A stretch of 64,000 bases of DNA from Dimorphilus gyrociliatus (lineage: Eukaryota > Animalia > Annelida). Position 1 is the stretch's first letter. Each line of letters opens with the position of its first letter. The notes beneath the pieces are model-generated. The model was not told where the DNA came from and ran no database searches. It saw only the letters and a program-made list of their open reading frames with translations. Positions 50,824 to 61,660 of this stretch are shown here, piece by piece. The translations under genes were made by a program, and so were the position numbers. The stretch is from NCBI GenBank assembly GCA_904063045.1, contig CAJFCJ010000012.1, positions 2,413,180 to 2,477,179 on the forward strand, read 5' to 3'.

Positions 50824-52107
50824 TTAGGCCATCATATTAGCAAAGACAGCCACTAGAAGTAGCGAAATGTTAATAAAAATTGCTGCAGCTAACGCATCGC
50901 CTTCGTTGAAGAAAATGTTACATTTATATCCAACGCAGCATCTTGCGCACATCGTTGTACCGTCAGGTATTTTCTTGCACTGTTCCTCTATTGTTGAACT
51001 ATCACAGGTTAGATAGAACTGAAGTTAGACATAATACGATTGGCAATCAATTCATGTTGTTCCATCTTGATTGTTGGAATCTTCGTACATTTATTACAGA
51101 ATTCTTTGCAGGCCATACAAGTTTTGTCAGCAGATCTAATAGTATAACCATCAACACATTCTGAGCATTTGGCAACTCTATTATCATTAGTGCTTGTAGC
51201 GCAATTGGAAGGGCAGGATAAACATGTTCCATAAGTATTTTCTACATAACGATCGCTACATTTCGAACAAAAAATAAAGAAAGTGTTTGTATTATTATAA
51301 ATTGTGTTTGTTGTTGTCAGCTGTCAAAGGAGCGCTATAATCGTAGCAATCGTGGCAAACTGGTTTTCAATGTTTAATTTTACAGAATTTGCATGAATTA
51401 TCTTCGAAACAGGCTGTAAATAATTGGAGTAAAAATGGAATTCTATGGCAAGAGTAAAGCGATCTAAAAAATCCAAATTTTCTTTGTGTATTGCGCTCGT
51501 GTTTTTACTGTAATTTTTGCGGGAAATTATGAGAAATTCCGGGAAAACTTGAAGGTGAAGTTAGATGTATAGAAAAAAATGTAATAATGAGTTTAAAGGG
51601 AAAAAAACTTGTACGATATGATGATCATCGGAAGAATGTTTCAAAATAAAGTATTATTAATATATCGTGCAATTTTTTGAATACTAAAGTTATATTCTCA
51701 TAAATTGAAAAAATAGCTGAAATTTCATTTATCTGCATAAATGACTTTTTCCATGGAAAATAAAACTAGCAGTCCTTTAAACTTAAAGTAGTACAATACT
51801 TATTTGGTATGACTAATTTCTTTGATATTCTTTCATGAAGCATATGCAGATTAAACAGAAAAAAGCCTTAAGAAAAATAGATAAACATTTACCAAAGCAG
51901 GTTTTAGAGTCGGAATCTACAGCATAACCAACAGACTGCATTGTATACAATTTGCGGTACAATCTAAAATTAAGAGAAACAATGAATGGAAAATAGAAAT
52001 AATGGTAAAGAAATGCAATTGAAAAAGAGTTTATGGCAACGGGAAACTTTTACAGCTACTTTATCTCTTCCCTTACGTCGCTTGAGGAATCTATAGCGAA
52101 TGAATGT
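50824..52107 (-). pseudogene. Array relic C: collapsed copy with multiple large deletions
   Basis: The 5' UTR/Inr fragment (about 52020-52107) lacks TATA and exon 1. Exon 2 is frameshifted (about 51960-51895) and exon 3 has an in-frame TGA (about 51370). An exon 4 fragment (51270-51030) with a frameshift is fused near 51005 to the end of the Ly6/GPI exon (stop at 50824). Confidence 0.88.
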
Positions 52108-52553
52108 AGCAAATTCAACTTTCTCTTTCTATTTGATTTATAATCGTTTCCTCACAGATTATTTACGGATGTTCAGAAAATTGAATGCTTATCATTTGAC
52201 TTATTACATATTGGCAGAAATTTGTAAATTGGGATTAATTGTTACCTCAACACTTTAGTTGTTTGTTTAAAAGGCAACAACTGCAATAGATAGAGTATGT
52301 GTACAGTTAAAATTATCTTAAACTTAAGGCAATAGTTTACCTTACATCATCAAATAACAACGAACATCTAGAAGTTTTCACTTATATTTCTTTCTATTAC
52401 CTACATTTAGTTTTCAGAATAAAATGTTCGATATTCAGATCCTGCTTTTCTTAAATTACGAGAACATTAAAATACATAAATTACATAACTTTAAAATCAT
52501 CACAAAATTTAAATTAACATTCTTTTCATGATCTGAATAGTTTGTTGACATTA

Positions 52554-55500
52554 TTAGACTTTCATAGCAGTAAAAATAGCTGCTAGAATTAGCGTAATGT
52601 TCATAAATATACCCTCAGCTCCGGCATCGCCATTGTTAAAGAATATATTACATTTATCTCCTACGCAGCATTTTTCACATGCTTTTGTACCATCAGATGC
52701 TTTCTTGCAATGTTCCTCCACTGTTGAACTACTACATGTCACATTTCTACATTCTCTTGTAAATGTTGTTACGCCTCCCTTTTCTAATCTAGAAACCCAA
52801 CAGGCGCCACCATTGCCACATTCTTTTAATTTGATTGTATCAGTTTCATTGACAAAGTTGGATTGTTCCTTTCCGCAGTTTGCTTCACTTCCAGAACAAG
52901 TAAGACATTTCACTGTTCAGAGGAAAAATGAGTTATATATGTAATGAAAAGAGTAATAATGTATGTATACTTACTTGCGCATTCTCTATCATTCTTGTAA
53001 AGATGATACTCACTTGAACATTTATCACATTTGAAGCCGTGAACACAAACTCCACAATTCGTTACTTGATTGGAACTACACGAAATACATTCAGTTTTAT
53101 AATCAGATAAAGTGTAGCCTAGTTGACATTTGAAGCAACTTGCTTTTCCAGTACTATCAACTTGTGGAGAACACTCCATGCAATTAGCAAAAGCAGATAT
53201 TGAACAATCTAATTAAGCAATACATATTGTAGGTCATTTAACAAGTTGATGATATTTTAAGATAGTAAATATATAATCACCTTCGCAGGCTCCTGATCTA
53301 ATTGAAAATCCCGTTCTACATTTGGTACAGACTGAATTATAGAATGAAGTAGCAGAGCAAACATCGCAATTAGGGGGACAAAAAGTGCACTCCTTAAAAG
53401 AATCTCCGAACAAAGCATAGTACTGTCTGCATTTCGTACAAGTTATTGAACCTTTCTCAATTGCACAGTTCGGACAATTCCTCGGACATTCGCTACATTG
53501 TTCTGTACTTTTCCTAAATCCTTGCATACAAGTTGAACATACAAGAACTCCTTTATCGTCTAAATCTTCACAAACTGAGCAGTGATTTGGACAAGCATAA
53601 CATTTTCTATCGAATGTCTTTCTGCCAAATTTATAATCACAACTGTTGACGTCGCAACCAATGACGCCATTTTGAATCGAACATTTTTTACAGTGATTTG
53701 GACATGCTGAAATGTTTTGAATTAAATTAAATTGAATTGTACAGGAAAATTCCTTTCGTAGAAATTACCTCTGCAGTTTCCAACATCCAAATTCAGAATA
53801 AACCTTGGTTTACATTCAGAACAAAGTGTACCAGTTTTAGCATCATTCAATTGACAAGTTAGACAATTTTCATCACAAGCTGTGGGAATAGTTTTTTTCA
53901 CATATGCAAAAAAAGATTATAACATCAGTAACTTACGTAGACATTTTCCACCATCAGTTGATGAAGCGTAATTAGTAATACATGTTGCGCATGTTGTTAC
54001 TCCTTTCGAATCAATGTGACAAGATGCACAGGGACGATTACAGGACACACATTTATTTCCAGATGTAAACAGTTTATGTGTGCTTTTACATTGCCTACAT
54101 TTCGTTTCTTTTGCAACATCATCCCAATCGCATTTTACGCAATTACTCGGACAAGATACACAATTCCTACTAATGTCGAAAGTGAAACCAGAAGAACATT
54201 TAGAACATCCTTGACTTCCGTCATTTTTCAAATAACATCTCATACAAGAATCATCGCATTTTACACAAGTTCCATCGTCAGATTTAGTGATATATCCATC
54301 AATACAACCAGTTGGAAGACAATACGTTTGTCCATTTTTGAAATAACAATTATTACAGTTTGTAGGACAAGCATTACAATCGTAATCTGTCATGTCAAGA
54401 GCATATCCTGATGTGCATTCTACACATTTCTTTACTGCTAAATTGTCTTGAATACATTTATCGCAATTACCTGGGCATTGTGTACATTCGTAACTGCTGT
54501 CGGTTAAACCATAACTACTGGCGCAATGAAATTGTAAGCATAGAGTTTCTGTATCACTTTTAGCTCGGCATTTTCCACAATTATCAGGACATTTCAAGCA
54601 AGTCTTTTTCGTGATCGGTTCTAAAACATGGGTGTTTTCATTACATTTTGTGCATTTGTCAACAATATTTCCTTCTTTAATGTTACAAGATAAACAATCA
54701 TTTCCGCAAGAAATGCATGACGTTTTGTCAAGACTTGGAGAGAATCCAGACTTGCAACCTTGACACTCGTTTGGTGTATTGTCGACTTTTAGTGAACAAG
54801 TTAAGCAGTGAGCCATACATGGAACGCATGATGTTTTCGCACTGTGAACCGAATATCCACTCTCACATTTAGAACACTCCTTTACTTTTGATACTCCTCC
54901 TCGATCAACAAAGGAACAAGTTTCACAATTTGCGGGACAATATACACAACTCTTTTTATCTTCGGCAAAAATTTTACCATATGTACATGACATACATTCG
55001 ACAAGATTTGCACCAGTATGTTTGCAAGTTGGACATGAAGAAGGACATGTTCTACATTGCTTAGCAGCTGTATCGAAATTAGCGTTCGATGCACAACCAG
55101 AACATTCCGTGGTGAAGGTTTTGTCAACGGAACAAGTTTTACAATTATCTGTACATTTTGTGCATTCTGTTTTATCATAAGATATTAAATATCCGTCGGC
55201 ACATATATCACATTTGGAGCTATCTGACGAACAAGCGGCGCAGTTGGCTACTTGGCAGGTTTGACAAGTAGTTTTTGTAGTGTCAGGGAATTTATTAGGA
55301 TCTATACACTCTTCACACAGGCCTTTATTGACATCACACTTTTTGCAACCTGCAACACTACATTGTTCACAAGTTCTAGTGGGCCAAATGAATCTGTATC
55401 CAAGAGCACAGCCGGTTGATTTACATGCTGCCTTGTCATATGTTTCGCAATCGTCGCAATAAGTAGCTGTACAAGCTTCACAGTTGACTCCATCAATAGC

Positions 55501-58500
55501 TTTTCCTTTGGGGCATTCTGTGCATTGATGTGGTGTAACATAAAGACACTTTTTACAATTACTAGCTACCGAACACTGTATACAGATTTTATCAGGTTTG
55601 AATGAATATCCGTCTGCACAACCAGTTGGTTTGCATGCATGCTTGTTATATTCTTCGCAATCGTCGCAATTGCCTGTACAAGTTACGCATACATTTCCTG
55701 CTCCAGCGTCAATAGCTCTTCCTTTATCACAAGATGTGCATTCATTTGGCGAATCAGCATAACATTTTTTACAACTACTAGCAGCAGTACATCTCACACA
55801 GGTTTTATCAGAAGATTTAAATGAATATCCACTAGGACAACCAGTTGGTTTGCATGCATTCTTGTTATATTCTTCGCAATCTTCGCAATTGCCTGTACAA
55901 GTTACGCATACATTTCCTGCTCCGAAGTCAATGGCTCTCCCTCTATGGCAAGATGTGCATACAGCTGGTGTAGCTTTATCACAGGTTGCACAGTTACTGG
56001 CAGGTATACATTGATAACAAGTTTCATCAAAGAAGCTGAATAAAAATCCGAAAGCACAGCCGGCTGCAGTACATTTAGTTATGTCTATTGGGTTACAAAC
56101 ATCACAATTTTGTGCGTTGCAGGGTACACAAGTACAAAATTCTGTTAGTGTATATGTAGCTGCACACACACTACATTGATTAGGATCTTTTTCATTATAG
56201 AAACACTTTGTGCAAGGAGAAGGACAGCTTACACATTTGTTTTTCCTAGTATTTATCACGTAGTTTTCATTGCAGACACGACACGTTCCATCAGAATTAC
56301 ATTTGTCGCAATTATCAGGACACTTGTTACATCTAAGACCATCGCTTTGAACTCCGTATCCCGTATTGCATTTCGTACAGTGGCCAAGTCCCGATAGATC
56401 AGTCTTTAAACTGCATTCAATACAGTTGCTATCAATACCACTACATGCTAAACATTCAGAGTTATCTTTATTCAAGATATATTTGTCACGGCATTTCAAG
56501 CAACCATTTGTCCAAATTCCATCTCCAGCTTCATTAGGAACGCATTTAATACAATTCGAAATAGTATCGGCACAAGCTTGACACGTTTGTAAATCGTGTA
56601 GCAAAGTTCTGCCACTCGAACATTTCTCTTCATAGCATTTTCCATTTCCATCACATTTGTCACAATTTCCGGTACAAGCGGTACAACTATCACCATTTTT
56701 ACCATATTTATTCATGCAGACGATACATTTTGGACTGCCATCAACAATTTTACAATGAGCACAACCTTCTCCGCAGGCTGTAAAACAATATATTTCAATT
56801 AGGGTTTTCCTTGTTTTTTCTCTTTATTTGCTTTACAAATTGAAAATATGAAGACAAAGAAGACTTACATGAACATTGTCCACTTTCATCAACAAATCCA
56901 TAGTTAACTTCACATTCGGAAGCATAACATCGAGAGACGCCATTAACATCTTTACATAATTTGCAGTTTAACGGACAAACTATAATTGAGAAAGGCAAAC
57001 AATGAGAATATGTAAGATTAAATGAGATTTACAAGTGATGTCTACAAAATTATCAATCACTTATCTGTATTACCTAAACAAGTTTTATCAAAATCTTTGA
57101 TGACGTATTTGGCTTCGCAGTTCGTACATTCGGCTCTGTTGTTCTTCCATTCACAAGAGTTACAGTTGGATGGACATGCTTGGCATTTTCCGTCACTATT
57201 TTTTATATACCTGTCTTTACACAACGTACACAACGTCGATTTACCAGATAGAATGCAAGTAAGACAGTTGGATGGACACTGTGTGCATGGTGTAGAGCCA
57301 AAAGAAAGTTGATAATAGGATTGGCATTCAGTGCAGGTTGTGTCGAGTTTATCATAGTCCTCTATACATTTATTACAGGAACGGTGGCAAGATATACAAT
57401 TTTTGTCAGTAGATCTAATAGTATAACCAAGGTCACATTTCGAACATTTCGGAACTCCATTATCATTTGTGCATATGGCACAATTGGAAGGGCACGGTAG
57501 ACAGATTCCATCAGTATTTTTTACATAGCCGTCGCTACATTTCCAGCAAAACGTCTTCTTAGTATCTGACTTGAAAGTGCATTCAAGACAAGCGGAAGGA
57601 CACGAATCGCATTTCTTTGTTTCGATATTAAGAGCAGTTCCTTTATCGCAAGATGAACAAACTAGATTATTGTTAGAATCGGCACCACAAACAGCACAAT
57701 TGGAACTACATGAAGTGCAGGATTTATCAGACCTGAGACCGTATCTTTTGAAGCATTGTGAACAGACTGTATCTGAACCACTGACTGAACAAATTTGGCA
57801 GAAACTGGGACATTCTGGAGATGAAAAAATATTTTAAAATGAAGAAAATAAAGAAGGTGTTTGTATTAAAAAACCATACTCAAGCATTTGTTGTCAGCTG
57901 TCAAAGGAGCGCTATAATCTTAGCAATCGTGGCAAACTGGTTTACCTTGCTCAATTTTGCAGAGTTTGCATGAATAATCTTCGGAACAAGCTATAAAGAA
58001 TTAAAATGAATACGTAGTTTTAGTTTCTGATGAAATTATTTGATTTGCTTTTCATTTCAACTTTGGAATTAAATGCTTAACTTCTATCGACATAAATGAC
58101 TGTATGGCATAAGAAAATGGAACTCTCTGTTCTTTGAAATGAGTAATGCAAGAGCAAATATGCATGAAGAACTTCTTTGATAAAATACTAATATCATGAA
58201 AGATATTGATGTAGGAAGAGATTAAGAATAAAAGACAAAATTTTACCAAAGCATGTGTTACTGTCGGGATCTAGACCATAACCAGCAGAACATTCAAGGC
58301 ATTTTGTGGCATCACCAGATCCAGTCAAACTGCATTTCATACAGTTTGCGGTACAGTCTGAAATGAAGAAAAAGATTGAATGGAAAATAAAATTAATGAT
58401 AGAGAAATGAGGATAGAAATAATGAAAACATACCAATGCATTTTTTTTGATCAGTTGATAAAACTTGATTAGAGGCGCACTGCAAACACCTCAAGTCTTT

Positions 58501-58608
58501 ATCGCTACAAATTTGACAATTCGCAATATCTTCACAGCCAGATGTTGTTGCGAATTGCAGATTTGTAGCCTTTAGCCAAATTATTATTAAAAATATATAA
58601 AATTTCAT
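52554..58608 (-). pseudogene. Array gene D: full-length paralog whose only lesion found is TAC>TAA (57922-57920) in the 111-nt exon 3; either a young pseudogene or functional by exon skipping
   Basis: Signal peptide MKFYIFLIIIW...; exon 3 (57990-57880) reads CHDC*DY where B reads CYDCYDY. The other exons I read are open (large exon 56777-53937; last exon to 52554). Confidence 0.75.
55471..55899 (-). repeat. About 219-bp x2 internal coding repeat in gene D
   Basis: ACCAGTTGGTTTGCATGCAT at 55621 and 55840, a period of 219. CTGNC.DCEEYNK.ACKPTGC is repeated and the remainder has diverged. Confidence 0.85.
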
Positions 58609-58713
58609 TTTGAACTTCCTTTAAGTTTTACAATTGAAAAAGTGTTTTTGGCAAGTGGAAACTTTCACAGCTACTTTTGTCTCTTCTTTTGCGTCGTTTC
58701 AGGAATCTATGTT

Positions 58714-58743
58714 AATGAATCGTGGCTTGCGCTAGGTTATATA
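58714..58743 (-). promoter_or_regulatory. TATA box (TATATAAC, 58743-58736) and Inr-like TCATT (58718-58714) of gene D
   Basis: Homologous in sequence and spacing to the gene B promoter. Confidence 0.6.
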
Positions 58744-59639
58744 GGAGATATAGAGTTTTGACAAAAGCAAAAGAAAAACTAAAAAAAATAACCATTTATA
58801 ATATCCATAACATTTGAATAGTTTAAAAGTAATTAATCACTGTTTGTTGATTTTAGCATTTCGATCAAATGGTAATTTTCCTTCAAATACTTTTATCAAA
58901 CAACATCAGAGAGAATGACAGTTGTTTTAGAAGGATTTTTCATTAATTTTTCTTTAAACAAAATAACTTTTTCCTTAGTTTTTGTTTCAATTATCTGTCA
59001 ACGCACATCCTTTTTCTTATATAATTGTCAATTGAATGAAATTTCCAGGTTTCATTTAACAAATTCAACTTTCTGTTTATATCTGACATCAGAAACTTTG
59101 CTGTGGCATTAAAAATATTTATCTAATGGGAAAATAGAAGAAGTCTTATAGACTTGAATGGTCTAATCAGAATAAAAATCATGTATTCTTTTGTTAGATT
59201 TATTCAAATAATTAGTATGAAAACTATAGTGTGTAAAATGTTTACAGCTTTGCTATTAAACTCCATTCTTAAAGCTACTAAGGATTTTCATTTATTAAGA
59301 TATAGAAGAAGCGAGAGGGTTTTCACAATTGATCTTTATGTTAATGGCATATGGTTGTATTATCGCTTTGTAATGCTAAGCTTTCTTTTTCAACATTATA
59401 TAAATTTATCTAAGCTTAACTGATATATTATTCTAACAAAAGAGATTGTTTAGTCGTGATTTTGTAAGTTATAAATGCTTATAGGATTATTACTACTGCT
59501 ATACAGATAACTTTATATCATCAGCAGATCTAGTTAAAAGTACAGTGAATAAGCTATTGGTTAAACAAAAGTAAAGGCAATTTGAAGGATTGTTAAAAAC
59601 AAAAGTAGCCTCTTTTAATAAATCAGGAGTTTGAAGCTC

Positions 59640-60440
59640 CTTCAAATATCCATTGACACATACTTCACATTTTGAACTATCTTATTTGCAGATTGCGCAA
59701 TTCATTACTTTCAAAGTTTGTCAAGTAGTTTTTGCAGTGTCAGGGAATTCAACACCACTTGCAAATTGTTCTTTTGTTCGAAATCAGGGCAGTTAGTATA
59801 CAGTAGATATCACGTATTGCATTTCGTACAATTTCCAAGTCCCGATAGATCAGTTTTTAAACCGCATTCATTACAGTTGATATCAATACGACTGCATTCT
59901 GAACATTCAGAGTTATCTTTATTCAAAAAATATTTTTCATTTGGAACACACTTAATACAATTCGCACCGTTGCAAATTTGCACAGTTGCTTATGTTTGAA
60001 ATTATAAGATATTCGGGAAAATTTAAAGACAAACCTCAATTTTAGAAATACGTTTAAAAGAAGAGAAACTGGTATAATATGATTTTTTTTATTGGAAGAA
60101 TGTCTCAAAAAGAAATATTAATATATCTCTATTTTTCATTTTGAACTATGAAATTATATGCTGAACTTCTATCTACATAAATGACTGTATGACATAAGAA
60201 AATGGAACTTTCTGTTCTTGAAAATGAGTGAAGCAATAATGATTTTGCATGATAAATTTCTTTGATATCATTTAATGAAAGATGTAGATTTAACTTGATT
60301 AGAGGCGCAAATTAAACACCTTAAGTCTTTTTTGCTACAAATGTGATAGTTTGATATATCGTCACAGGCAGTTGTAGTTGCAGATTGCATGTGTTTAGCA
60401 GTAAGCCAAATTGTTACTACTAACAGATATAATTTCAGAT
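59640..60440 (-). pseudogene. Array relic E
   Basis: Exon 1 remnant has CTG in place of ATG and one Cys lost (LKLYLLVVTIWLTAKHMQSATTTACDDISNYHIC..., about 60437-60295). Scrambled fragments of the large exon lie at 59640-59990, e.g. KTDLSGLGNCTKC and TTCK. Confidence 0.85.
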
Positions 60441-61344
60441 ATTGGCGGTATATAAAGCCTATATAAAAAACTTGATTCAAACTGAAAGTAAAAGGTTAAA
60501 TATAGAATTTTGGGAGAAAGTAATAAATATTAAAGAAATAACCACTAATGCTAAGTAACAAAACATTCATTTCATTTGAATAGTTTGAAAGAAATTATTG
60601 ATTTTGTTGTTGGTTTTAACAATTCAATCAATTACCAATTTCTCTGGCTATTTTTTATGAAAGATTGTAAATGAGATTGATAGTGGCTTTACAAAGATTA
60701 ATAGATATTTTTGCTTTGAGCAGAGCAAATTTTTTGTTAGTTATCTGGCAAACCCAATTAGTTTTATAACACAATGAAATTTCCAGCTTTTATTTAGTAA
60801 ACTTTGCTATAACATTTAAAATATTTATCTAATAGCAAAGTAGAGAAAGTCACCTTGACTTGATAGCGACCACTGGCCTTTAAAGAATTAAATTATCTAT
60901 TCTTTGTTAGATTTAATCAAACAATTACTATAAAAAGTATACTCTGCGGAGCTTTCGCAGCTTTACTATTAAACTTAATTCTTCAAACTATAAGGGATTT
61001 TCGATTATTTTATTTCAGACATTCTATAAATATTGAAGACTTGCAAAGGTTTTCTCTGATGATTTTCATGTTTATTCCATTAGGTTTGTATTAACGCTAT
61101 TGTTAATGCTATGACTTTTTTGAATCGATATTGCACCTAAGCCTTGCTAAAGAATATTCCAACAAGAATGTTTGTTTAATCGTGGTTGTGTTATAATTAA
61201 TATTATAATCATGATGTTATTCATCAGTAGGTCTAGTTGAGATCTGATGAGTTTTGATCAAAAATGATAGAGAGAATAGTTATTTATATAAACAAAATGT
61301 ATACTTCCGAATATTTAGATGCATAGTGCATCATTTCTCATTGA

Positions 61345-61562
61345 AGATTGAACAGAAAGTAAAATTAATGATAGAAAAATGAGGATAGAAATAATGAAAT
61401 ATTATTGTGACCAGTAGATAAAACTTGATTAGAGGCGCACATTGAACACTTTAATCCTCTATTACTGCAACTTTCGCAATTCGCTATATCTTCGCAACCA
61501 GATGTGGGTACGGACTGCAAGTGCTTAGCAATAAACCTAATTGTTACTACAAAGAGATATGA
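61345..61562 (-). pseudogene. Array relic F: exon 1 and intron 1 remnant only
   Basis: YLFVVTIRFIAKHLQSVPTSGCEDIANCESCSNRGLKCSMCASNQVLST has no ATG and the donor is deleted. It starts about 100 nt after the stop of gene G. Confidence 0.85.
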
Positions 61563-61660
61563 CGGATTATATTAAACTATAGTGAATGAATGGTGACATC
61601 AATCAATTGACAATTTCTCAGAATATCATTTCTCATTATCTGAATTGTTTATTGAGTATC

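Noticed and set aside
57920-57922. Selenocysteine or programmed readthrough at the stop in gene D
   Set aside because: The codon is TAA, not TGA, and it replaces Tyr, not Cys. No SECIS-like hairpin was evident.
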